DNA of 64,000 nucleotides from assembly GCF_011386835.1 (NCBI RefSeq), contig NC_088803.1, positions 5,828,001-5,892,000 of the forward strand, given 5' to 3'. Source of the DNA: Chrysemys picta bellii. Its lineage: Eukaryota. This document shows positions 12,101 to 23,212 of the stretch, piece by piece. The stretch's first letter is position 1. Every line of letters starts with the position of its first letter. The position numbers and the translations under genes were made by a program. The notes beneath the pieces were generated by a model, which saw only the letters and a program-made list of their open reading frames with translations, did no database searches and had not been told where the DNA came from.

Positions 12101-15100
12101 TTGTGGGTACGGGCCATCCTAGCATCCTCCCTCCTAAACTCTCGCTTCTCTCCCTGCCCCCCTTCCAGACCAGACAATCCGCCTGTACGACTGCCGCTAC
12201 GGAGGCTTCCGGAAGTTCAAGAGCATCCGGGCGCGGGACGTGGGCTGGAGCGTCCTGGACGTCACCTTCACCCCCGACGGAGGCCACTTCCTCTACTCCA
12301 GCTGGTCCGACTACAGTGAGTAGGGACTGGGGGTGGAGCCTGCCTTAGCCCTGCCCCCAGGCAGGAAGCACTGACCAGTGTCTCTCTCCCTACCTCCCTC
12401 CCCCAGTTCACATCTGTAACATCTATGGCGACGGAGACGTCCACACGGCACTGGATCTGAGGTAATAGGGGGGGGGGGGCTGCCATTATATGGGGGGCTG
12501 GAGGGGTCAGCTATCATGATATGGGGGGATTAAAGGGGCTCCTGGTCATTGTGGTCTGGGTGGGGGCGATTGCCCGGCAGGCGATGTATGCCCCACTTTA
12601 CAGAGGGAGGGGACTCTTCTCCCCACCTCCACCCCCCTGACCCTGGGTCCCTGCCAATCTGTCCTGAGGGAAGAGCCCTCCCTGACCCCCAGATCGGAGG
12701 ATCAGTTAGACCCAGAGCACGGGAGAAAGAGCCACCAGCCAGGCATTGAGGGGAAAGATTCCCTGAGCCCCCTCAGGTCCCTGGCCCACTCCCTCTAGAG
12801 TCCCACCTCCTGCTGTGGCTGATCCCTGATGCCTCAGGGGAAGATGGAGGGGAGGGAATACCCAAAATGCAACTGGCAGACGTCCATCACGATTGCTTCC
12901 TGACCCCTGCGGGCTGCAGCCCTGAAGCATGAGATTGGAGGCTGGGTATCAGCTTCAAATGAGCACATCAGGGGGCAATGCAGGCCCATCCCGTTCTCCC
13001 CAAAGGCATGAAGGAAGGGGAAGAGCAGGGGGACCCACAGATTCATGGACTCTGAGGACCACCCCCTCCCTCCAGCCGCAGGATTTCAATGTCTGTCTCT
13101 CCTCGTCACAGGCCGGACGAGCGCCGGTTCGCTGTCTTCTCCCTCACAGTCTCCTCTGACGGGCGGGAGGTGCTCGGCGGGTAAGTCACAAGGGCACCCC
13201 CAAAGCCAAGAGCAGCCCAGGTGGGCTCCTGCATTTCCAATCCGGTCATGTGGCGAGAGCAGAGAGGATTCTGGGACAGCCCTTACCCATAATGCATGGT
13301 GGGATGGCCACTGCCCACAATGGACTTCTGGGAGTCCCTCCCACTCCTTTCTAAAAGGCCCACGGGCGAGAGCAGAGAGGATTCTGGGACAGCAGTTGAC
13401 CACCCAGCCATGCGCTGTGGCTCTTACCCACAATGCATAGCGAGGTGAGCCCCATTGAGCCAGGCTAGACCAGCTGGGCACCCCTCAAGCCCATACCTCT
13501 TCACCAGGGGGGCAGGGTTACCCCCCGTGCCCCTCAGACCCTGCTCCACCTCCAGCCTCACTGCCTGATGCCTCAGTTTCCCCCCCCCAGGGCTAACGAC
13601 GGGTGCGTCTACGTATTCGACCGGGAGCAGAATAAACGGACCCTCAAGGTACCTCCCCTGCTGGGGGACAGGCGGACACACTGGGGGCAGGGAGGGTTCT
13701 GGGAGGGTGCTTACCCACAATGCTATGCGGGTTGGTACACTGGGAGCCCCTTGGTGGCAACAGAGCGGATTCTGGGCACAGGGGCTTACGTGACGCTCCC
13801 AGCCCCAGAACACTTCTAAAAACTGGAGTTTTATTAAACTGCGTATCCCAAACCGACCAGTCGCAGTTTGCCAAGCAGCTGCTGCTGAGCCCCCCAACTT
13901 CTGCTCCTACCCCTGCGCCCTAGACCTGTCCCCTTTGACCTCTTCGGTCGACTTCCAATCCTTAAGATCACTGGGGCGTTGCCTTGCGAGTGCTACGTTC
14001 TCCCCTCGCAGCCGGGACTGACGTGGTACAATAGTCCGTCTCTCCCTCCGACGCGCCCGGGAGTCCCGCTAGCTCGTAAGCGCCGTCTCAGCTGTGCCGG
14101 GGCTTTGTGTGAAACTACAAACCCTGGATACCACGTGCTCATCTCGTCTGACCTAGATACTGCTGCTCATAGACCACCTCCTCCCCCAGGAATTCCTAGA
14201 GCAGCGCTCTTGATTTTAAAATCACCGGGGATGGAGAATTCACCGTGACCCTTGAGAAGTCGTTCCAATGGTTAGTTACTCTCATGGTTAAACATTTACG
14301 CCTTATTTCTGGCCTGAACTTGTCTAGCTTCAGCATCCAGCCGCTGGGTCTTGTCACAACTTCGTCTGCTAGTGTGAAGTGTTCCCCACGGAGGAACTTG
14401 TATAGACTGTGATCGAGTCAGCCCTTAGCCTTCTCTGTGTCAGACTCCAAGAGCTTAATTGCTTTGGCTTCTCCCTCGAAGGCAGGTTTTCCAAACCTTG
14501 AATCAGTCTCGTAGCTCTTCCCTGAACCCTGGGCGTAGCGTTCCAGCCGTGGTCGCACCAGTGCCACATTCCGAGGTAAAATAACCCCTGGATGGAGCGG
14601 GTGGAGCAGTGCAAATAATGGATTTTGTGCTTCCCTGGCAATTCCGGAATACATTTTTGCTTCGGATTGGTCGAAAACCCAAACCTTTTGATGGATCAAC
14701 TCGGAAAATAATTCGTTCTGGGTGGAGTGAAACATTTGGACACAACCAAGAGGGGTTGTTTTACGGCTCACCATTTAATCAAATGAAAGGAGACTTTGAA
14801 CAGAAAGTTGGAAAACGGAGACACAACGGTTTGATTTGGGGGAGGGGTTCCCTCACTTGGTTTGGGTTTTTTTTTTTTTCCCCCAACCCAAACAATTTGG
14901 TGAAACTGGCTCAAATCAGCAAAAAGTTTTGGCGTCAGAGATTCTGCATTTTTTAACCTTCAAAGAAAGCACAGAAAAAAGTCTGTGGCATGTGACAGAC
15001 ATAAGGACATCCCGGTGATGCGTTCACCAGTCCGATAGTTGGATTTAGACTCTAAGTAGGTGCTCAGATGTCGTCACCGCTGGATGTCTTTTCTCTCTAG

Positions 15101-18100
15101 CTGCGAGTGTCAGCGGCTCTTTCTGGTGATTTCACCTCTTGTCCGCTACAGCTTTCAGACCCCATGTTCTCGTTTTGGCACTGATGCCTTCCAGCAGCCG
15201 GCGCGAAGGTCGCGGCGTTCGGCTCGGCAGCTCCCAAAGCATCCTGCTCCTTGCCCAGCCATGGCTGGAAGGGTTCAGAGTTCAGCGTCTGCTGCTGTCA
15301 CGTGACGCAGTTGATCTTCAATCTGCAAATGACTGGAGTCTGAATTCCTCTCCTCGGTCTGAGCTCCGATGGGGCTAGTTTGCCTTGTTCCCAGCATCTT
15401 CTCCTACGGTGGCGCTGAAGTTACAAAGCAGTAAAAACTCTGTCACCTGCTTTTACTCGGTTGACTGGACAATCCTTTCAGGAGCAGGACGTTTAGCTTG
15501 AAAACCTGCCCCCCCCCCCGTAAGATTCCTGCCAAAAGCTCTGTCCCCTGTTCAGAGGCCGTGCCAGGCACTGGCTGATCCTAGCAATTCGTTCCGTCTC
15601 TTTATGGCCCCTGGGTGCCTCTTGGGAGTTCCCCGGTAAACCCAACCCCAGCTGAGATCCAGAAGAGGGGGATTCCCATGGCGTCGGTTCGCCACGTCAT
15701 GGTAGGCAAACCAGGCTTGTGTGTTTCACCTCAGACTCAGGAATCTGCTCTCCATAATTCCGGCTAAAGTTCAGTTGCATCTTGTTTCCTGATAAGCTAC
15801 GCCTCCCGCTGGAGGCCGAGGCCGGAGTAAACCGGCTGCATCCCAGCTTCCGGGATTTGGGGCTCGCCAGAAAACCCACTTTCAAGCCAAGTGGCCCCAC
15901 CCCAGCTGCCCTTTCTTCGGGAGCGGCCGGTTGTGCTGTTTGATTTAAAAGCGCCATCGAGGGCGAGGGTGACACAGCTCCCGCGGGTGTTTGGCTCTTC
16001 GTTCCCTTCGCTCTCCCCTGAGCCGCTGTGAAATCTTTCAGCCCACGGCCCTTTCAGTTTGATCTTCCAAGGTTAACTCTGGCAACAGAGGCATCCCTGA
16101 GCTCCCATCTCTTCCTGTTTCCACACACTTCTGTACTGCAAGGTGACCGCAGAAATGCTCACCCCGAGACCAGGAGCAGCGTCCCCAACCCTGCCGACCT
16201 GTCCCCTTTCTCCTCTTTAGCTGAGTGCCAGCCCTTAAGAGGGAAGCAGAGCCGGGAAATGGCCTTCAAAGAGCTAATGCCACAGGGCCAAGTAGCTAGG
16301 CCCTTTGAGCAAGAGCAGAGAGGATTCTGGGAGGGGGCTTACCCACAATGCAAAGCTGCTGGAGTGCCCTGGGAGCCTTTGGGAGGACAGAGAGGATTAT
16401 GGGAGTGCACTTACCCACAATCATAGAATCACTGAACTGGAAGGGCCCTCGAGAGGTCATCTAGTCCAGTCCCCTGCACTCAAGGCAGGAGGAAGTATTA
16501 TCTAGACTATCCCTGACAGGTGTTTGTCCAACCTGCTCTTAAAAATCCCCAATGACGGAGATGCCACAATCTCCCTGCGCAATTTATTCCAGTGCTTAAC
16601 CGCCCTGACAGGAAGTTTTTTTTCTAATGTCCAACCTAAACCGCCCTTGCTGCAATTTAAGCCCATTGCTTCTTGTCCTAGCCTCAGAGGTTAAGAAGAA
16701 CAATCTTTCTCCCTCCTCCTTGTAACACCCTTTTATGTACTTGAAAACTGCTATCATGTCCCCTCTCACTCATCTCGTCTCCAGACTGAACAAACCCAAT
16801 TTTTTAATCTTTCCTCATAGGTCATGTTTTCTAGACCTTTAATCATTTTTGTTGCTCTCCTCTGGACTCTCTCCAATTTGTCCGCATCTTTTCTGAAATG
16901 TAGCGCCCAGAACTGGACACAATGAGGCCTGGTCAGCGCGGAGTAGAGCGGAAGAATGACTTCTCCTGCCTTGCTTACAACACTCCTGCTAATACATCCC
17001 AGAATGATGTTTGCTTTTTTTGCAACACTGTTACAGTGTTGACTCTCATGTAGCTTGTGATCCACTATGACCCCCCAGATCCCTTTCCGCAGTACTTCTT
17101 CCTAGCAGTCATTTCCCATGTTGTATGTGTGTAAGTGATCGTTCTTTCCTAAGTGGAGTATTTTGCATTCGTCCTTATTGAATTTCATCCTATTTACTTC
17201 AGACCATTTCTGCAGTTTGCCCAGATCATTTTGAATTTTAATTCTATCCTCCAGAGCATGTGCAACCCCTCCCAGCTTGGTATCGTCCACAAACTTTATC
17301 AGTGTCCTCTCTGTGCCATTCTCTAAATCATTGCTGAAGATATTGAACAGAACCAAACCTAGAACCGATCCCCGCGGGGCCCCACTCGTTATGCCCTTCC
17401 AGCCTGACTGAACCACTGATAACTGGTTGGAAGATCATTCCCAGAGAGTAGTTATGCACCCACCTTCTAGTAGCTCCATTGAGGATGTATTTCCCTAGTT
17501 TGTTTATGCAAAGCAGCTGGGTCCCTGGAGTGAGAGCAGAGAAAGGGAGGCAGCTTACCCACAATGCAAAGCAGCTGGACTGCCCTGGATGGGACAGAGA
17601 GGATTATGGGAGGACACTTACCCACAATGCAAAGCAGCTGGGCTGCCCTGGGAGAGCAGGGAATATTTGTGGCGGGCGCTTACCCACAATGCTGTGTAAC
17701 CCCTCCCCCCACCCCTCCCCAGATCGAGTCCCATGAGGACGACGTGAACGCTGTAGCTTTCGCCGACGACAGCTCCCACATCCTCTTCTCTGGGGGCGAC
17801 GACGCCATCTGCAAGGTGTGGGACCGGCGCACCATGCGGGAGGACGACCCCAAGCCGGTGGGGGTGCTGGCCGGCCACCAGGACGGCATCACCTTCATCG
17901 ACAGCAAGGTGAGCACCCCCTGGGGGCTGGATCCTGCCCTGTGGTGGAGAGGGCTGGGTGCAGGGTGCTGACCCATCTCTGCCTCCCTCCGCCCCAGGGA
18001 GACGCCCGCTATTTGATTTCCAACTCGAAGGACCAGACCATCAAGCTGTGGGACATCCGGCGGCTCTCCGGGCGTGAGGGACTGGAGGCGTCACGCCAGG

Positions 18101-19233
18101 CCGTCACCCAGCAGAACTGGGACTACCGTTGGCAGCAGGTGCCCAAGAAAGGTCAGCATGAGGGCGTGGAGGTAGGAAGGGAGGGGGCAGGAGCCGTGGG
18201 ATGGGAAGCAGGGCAGGGGGCTGGAAGTGGGGAGGGAAAGTGGAATGAGGTGGGGGAGGAGCAAAGGAAGGGACAGGGACAGGAAGTGGGGGCACCAGGT
18301 GGTGTTCTGAGGAAAGCGGGGACAGGAAAGGCATGGGAAGGGCACTGTTTAGCTACTGTGGGGTGGGGCAGGAAGTGGGTGGCAAGAAGGAGGAAGCGGA
18401 GTGCAATGGTGGGGAAGGGGAGGCAGAGAGTAGAGGTCAAGGGGGATGCAGGAAGTGACATAAAGGGTGACATGGTGGCCTTGAGCCTGCCCCCTTGGGG
18501 AGGGGGAGCGAAGCAGGAAGTCCCGCCCTGGGGAGGGATCTGGTGTGAGTGCGGGTGGGCTCTAACCCTGTCAATCTCCAGCCTGGCGCAAGACCAAGCT
18601 GCCGGGCGACAGCTCCCTGATGACGTACCGGGGCCACGGGGTGCTGCACACGCTGATCCGCTGCCGCTTCTCGCCCCCGCACAGCACCGGCCAGCAGTAC
18701 ATCTACAGCGGCTGCTCCACCGGCAAGGTGGTGGGTGAGTGAGCCCGAGTCAGCACCTGCTCCCTGGGCAAGGGCAAAGAGAGGGGGAGCAAAACAGGAA
18801 GTCCCACCCACCAGACAAGGGCCGAACAGGAAGCCCTGCCCGTAGGAGGGTGGGGATAGGGCTATGACATGGGGCAGGCCCACCAGTGTACGTACACATG
18901 GTGGAGCCACTGTGTTGGTGGGAGTGGGGCAAAGCATAGGGGGAAGTGCCATTCGGGGGGGGGGGGGGCAGAGGTCCCCAGGCTTTGGACTGTACCACTC
19001 AGTTCAAAGTGGAGGAGAATTACTGAGAAGGACCATTCCTTCACATGGGGCAGGGGGTGTTTGAGATTTGGGCAGTATCACTGCATTCATGGTGGGGGAA
19101 ACGTGGGCAGTACCACTATATGCTGTAGGGGGAAGGGATCCCGTGGAAGATATAGTACCATTCTATGCGAAATAGGGGGTGGGGGCAGCTGACCTAGGAC
19201 AGGACGGCTCATTGTCTGTGTCTGTGTGTGGGG

Positions 19234-19266
<33 letters not shown>

Positions 19267-19862
19267 AGCGGATGGCATGTACCATTGTAGTGGGCTGGGG
19301 AGAGGGAAATCTCATTCTTGTTGCTCTGCCCCCAGTGTACGACCTCCTGAGTGGGCAGATCATCAAGAAACTGACCAGTCACAAGGCCTGTGTGCGTGAT
19401 GTCAGCTGGCACCCCTACCAGGAGAAGATCGTCAGCAGTTCGGTGAGTGGTGGGGGGGGGCGCTCTGCCTGGGGCGCTGACACCGCGGGGTGGGGGGAGA
19501 GTGTCCCGGCAGGGGCTGCTCTGCCTGGGGTGCTGACACTGCGGGGGGGGGGGGGGGGGGGTGTCCCAGCGGCGGACGCTCTGCCCGAGGGGGGGACCCC
19601 AGCAGGGAGGAGGGGTCTCAATGGGGGGCACTCTACCCGGGGGGGGGGGGAATCCCAGCGGCGGACACTCTGCCTGAGGGGGGACCCCGGCAGGATCCTG
19701 GGGGCGCTTTCACCCTTCTCTCTCTCCCGGCAGTGGGACTGCTGTCTGCGCCTGTGGGAATACCGCCAGGCTGAATACTATGAAGACGATCTCAGGGACC
19801 CCGCAAACCTCCCTTCGGCTGGGGAGCCCCCCGCGAGCTCCCCTGGCTGTTCGGATCAGTAG
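9132..19862 (+). CDS. DCAF11: DDB1- and CUL4-associated factor 11 (WD40), 540 aa
   Basis: Coding exons 9132-9280, 10736-10863, 11103-11224, 11334-11398, 11482-11582, 12169-12315, 12407-12461, 13112-13180, 13591-13648, 17723-17908, 17998-18151, 18582-18734, 19336-19442, 19734-19862; 1623 nt in frame. Begins MGSRSSS...EEEEDEDVDLAQVLAYLLRR; WD repeats such as HEDDVNAVAF...CKVWDRR. Confidence 0.96.
9339..10113. mobile_element. hAT-type non-autonomous DNA transposon (MITE) in DCAF11 intron 2
   Basis: TIRs TAGAGTTGCCAAC ... GTTGGCAACCCTA. 8-bp TSD catctgcc (9331-9338) / cgtctgcc (10114-10121), 7 of 8 identical. Confidence 0.88.
10908..11048 (+). mobile_element. Two tandem tRNA-derived SINE-head-like units
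   Basis: A-box-like GCTAGTGGTTAGAGC followed by B-box-like GGACTCCTGGGTTCTA, twice. Confidence 0.5.
14190..14600 (-). mobile_element. Old, degraded CR1-like 3' fragment
   Basis: ttccaatggttagttactctc...tgaacttgtctagcttcagcatccagcc resembles reverse-strand reptile CR1 3' regions as I recall them. Boundaries are approximate. Confidence 0.55.
16421..17505 (-). mobile_element. 5'-truncated CR1 LINE in DCAF11 intron 10
   Basis: Starts with tcatagaatc, the reverse complement of the CR1 (ATTCTATG) tail. RT remnants GSVLGLVLFNIF...LIKFVDDTKLGG and VAKKANIILGCI...LERVQRRATKMIKGLE. Confidence 0.93.
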
Positions 19863-20708
19863 GCCCCCGCCCTCTGACTTGGGCGGCTGCCCTGTTTCTC
19901 AGTGCTTGGACTTGTGGAGACTGCATTGGGGGTGCTCTGGGCCCTGGACACCCCAAAAGTCCTCTGCCCTGGGCTCAATACCCTGGCAGTTTGAGGGGAG
20001 GAGTCAGTGTCCCCCCACAATCACTGGGGTGCAGGGATTTGGGAATCCCCCGTGGGACATTTGATGTGTATTATGGACTGATGTGTAATTTACTGGGTGG
20101 GGAATGGGGCGCGGGGCCTGTCTTCTGTAGGGGTGCCGGCCCCAGGGCAGAGAATGGGGCGCGGGGCGTGGGGCCTGTCCCCTCTAGGGGGCGCTGGTCC
20201 TGATCCAGCCCGAAGGCAGGGACTGGCTGGCTCAGGGGGCTGTGGAATGGGGTGTGGGGCCTTTTTTCCCCCCCCGCATGCCGGATGGGGCCTGCACCCC
20301 CTAGAGGGGCATCTGGGCTCAGCATTGGGGGACCTCTAGCAGGAAACTCTGCCCCCCTAAATTTGGGGGAGCCTGGCTGGAGACCCCCACCCCATCTTCG
20401 TGACTTGTTCTCCCTGCCCTGGCATCCCTTGGCCAGCTTGGGGGGGGTGGGAGGGGGGCAGATATGAGGTCGCCTGTCTGGCAGCCCCTGGAGTTAGGGG
20501 GCTGGGATGTTGGGGGGGCCTTTCCCCACCGCCCTTTTCAGGTAGCTCCCCACCCTGTTGGGACGGCGGGGTGCAGGTGCAGGGGTGTGTGGCTGGAATG
20601 TGGGGTGCAGCCCCCGATTCTGGGAGCGGGGCACAAAGCGCTAGGACAGTTTGGGGGCACCCGGGGGCGGGGGGGGGGGGACTCTGTCTGTGCCACCTGC
20701 TGTCTGTC

Positions 20709-20714
20709 AATAAA
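20709..20714 (+). terminator. Probable DCAF11 poly(A) signal
   Basis: First AATAAA I found downstream of the DCAF11 stop. Confidence 0.7.
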
Positions 20715-20797
20715 CCTCTCGACATTCCTCAGGCTGCGTCCTTGGGGGGGCGGCGCCCGGGCTCAGCTGTTGCCGCGCGTCACTGTCGGGGGAGGCC

Positions 20798-21924
20798 ATG
20801 GCCGGGAGCGGGGGCCGCCTGCCCCTCGTCCTGCTGGCCACCGTGGCCGGCTGGGCCCTGGCCCTGGCCCGGGGCCTGGTGTTCCTGAGCAGTGAGCGCT
20901 GTGCCTGGCTCCTGGGCGCCCCCTGCCTGCGGCGGGCGTATCACGCCTGGCTGGCGGGCGCCGTCCTGCTGGGACCCCTGCTGCACCCCTTCGCCGACCC
21001 CCATGCCATCCTCGCCAACCAGCGCAACTTCTTCAGCCGGTGAGCGAGGGGGCAGAGCCCCATGGGCAGCAGATTGGGGGGGGAGTGGAGGATGGGAGGC
21101 AGGGGGTCACGGTCGGGGCTGTCAGGATGGGGGGAAAGGAGGTCCAGGGCTGGGGGGAGATGTGGGGGGCAGGCAGGGAGTCCTGGGGGTGGGGTGGGGG
21201 GGCCGTGGAGGGGACAAGGAGGCCCAAGACCCGTAGGGCTGTGGGGGACCGGGCAGGGAGGCTGGAGGCTGGCATGGGGCCACCGGGGGCCACCCCCTAA
21301 CGTGTCCCCTTTCCCCACAGCACGTTCGTGGCCTCGGCCTGGGGCTGGACCTGCATCCTGGCGGGCGGCTTTGCCCTGCTGGTGAGCTATGGGGCGACGG
21401 GCCGGGCGCTGGCCCCCCTGCGGCCGCTGGCCCGGCTGGCCGTGGGCACGGGGCTGCAGCTGGCCGCCGCCGCCGCCTTCGGGCTTGTGGAGGAGCTGAC
21501 GGGCTACTGCTACGCCCCGCTGCCGGCTGGCACCCTCCTGCCCCCCCTGCCCGACCGGCCGGGCTGCTTGGCCGCTGGGCACCGCTGGCGCGGCTACCTG
21601 CCCTCCCGGCCCGCCTTCCTGCTCACCTTCTGCTGCCTGCTGCTGGCCGAGGAGCTGGCCGTCTTCCGGCGCTACCTGGCCCGCGGGCACCCGGCCGGCG
21701 CCCCCCTGCGCCTCGTCTTCCTGCTCAACGTGGTGCTGCTGGCCTTGTGGAACCTCCTGCTGCTGGGCACCGCCGTGTACGGCCCGGCCTACGGGCCCCA
21801 GCTGGTGGGGGCCGCCGTGGCCACGCTGGCCTGGTACCTCACTTACCAGGGCTGGTACCGCGCCCGCTGGTCCCCCGGCCGCCCGGGGGCCGGCCTCTTC
21901 CTCAAGGGCGAGCCACGTGCCTGA
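20798..21924 (+). CDS. FITM1: Fat storage-inducing transmembrane protein 1, 281 aa, divergent at the active-site motifs
   Basis: Exons 20798-21039 and 21321-21924 (846 nt). FIT signature FLLTFCCLLLAEE, plus GAPCLRRAYHAWL and SAWGWTC. Syntenic position between DCAF11 and PSME1. Confidence 0.92.
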
Positions 21925-22402
21925 GGGACCCAGGCATCCGGGAGAAGCACAGCCCCCCTCCCCCCCAGTGTGGAGAGGGATTGTCTCCACTGCCAGTTGG
22001 GGGTGCTAGGGGGGTGAATGGGGGGGAGGCAGGAGCAAGGGGGAGCTGGCTGCTGAAGGAACCCAGGTGTCCTGGCGGGGGGAGCAGACCCAGGAGGCCA
22101 TGGGAGGGGACCCAAGTGTCCGGGAGAGGATCCCTCCCCCCACCCTCGAAAGGGGCTGAAACCCTCTCCTGAGGGAAAGGGGGTTGGAGGGGGCAGGCGT
22201 CCAGGAGTTGGAGGGTGTTGGGGTGGGAGGGGAACCCAGGTGTCCGAGGAGGAATGGAGGCCCCCCTCACTGTTTCCTGGGGGGGGGACAGGAAGACTGG
22301 GGGGGTTAATTCAGGGATGGGGCCCCAGGCATCTGTCGGGGTGGGGGGGAAATCCCAGCATGGAGTGAATGACAACAGGGGGACCCAGGCATCCGGGGCA
22401 CA

Positions 22403-22408
22403 AATAAA
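22403..22408 (+). terminator. Probable FITM1 poly(A) signal
   Basis: AATAAA about 480 nt after the stop, followed by GT/T-rich sequence. Confidence 0.7.
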
Positions 22409-23098
22409 ACATGGCCGCCTGCCCTCAGTGGGGAAAAGCCTGTCGCTGTGGTTTATTGGGGTTGCTCGGGGGGGGGGGGACACTCCTCATGGGAATGATG
22501 GGGGAAGGGGACCCTGGTATCTGGGGGATTAGCTGAGGGTGGGGGCACTGCTGGAGGGAAGCTCGCAGCACTGGAGTCCTCCCTCCCCCAGCTGCGGGCA
22601 CTGCTCTGAGCTCACAGCCCAGCAACCCCACCCCCATCGGTGGGGGCACTGTGCGGGGGAAGCTCGTAGCCCAGACACCCACCCCCTGGGGGCACGGTGG
22701 GGGGGGGGGGAAAAGCTTGCAGCCCAGACACACACACACACTAGGGGGGGGGGGGGGAGCTCGCAGCCTGGACCCACACAACCTGCCCACGGGGGGCGGG
22801 GGGGAAGCTCTTGCAGCCTGGACCCCCTTCCCCTACTGGGGACACTGCTGGGAGAAGCTCACAGCCCGGACCCACACACCCTGCCCCCTGGAGGCACTGC
22901 TGGGGGAAGATCAGAGCCCAGGCATCCCTCCCCGCCGGAGGCACTACGGGGGGAAGTTCGCAACCCGGACCAGCCCCGCCCCCCCTCGGGGGCACTGCTG
23001 GGGTAGCTCGCAGCCCGGAGATCCCGCCCCCACTGGGGACACTGTTGTGGGAAGCTCGCAGCTCGGACTCGCCCTCCCCCCCCCCCCCCCCCCCGGCC

Positions 23099-23137
23099 GG
23101 GACTTCCCCCGAAACGTCAGTTTCGTTTTCACTTTTC
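23099..23137 (+). promoter_or_regulatory. NF-kB-like site plus ISRE/IRF-E upstream of the PSME1 ATG
   Basis: GGGACTTCCC 23099-23108 and AGTTTCGTTTTCACTTTTC 23119-23137, about 75-115 nt before the ATG. PA28 genes are known to be interferon-inducible. Confidence 0.8.
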
Positions 23138-23212
23138 AACTCGCACCATCATCCCCCCCGCCACGCGCCTCGGGCCCCCCAGCTCCGTCACGCACCCCCC
23201 AGCGACCCCCCC

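Noticed and set aside
13631-13636. AATAAA in DCAF11
   Set aside because: It lies inside coding exon 10 (Asn-Lys codons).
23104-23113. Possible GAS element in the PSME1 promoter
   Set aside because: Spacing is TTC-N4-GAA, not the canonical N3, and it overlaps the kB-like site.
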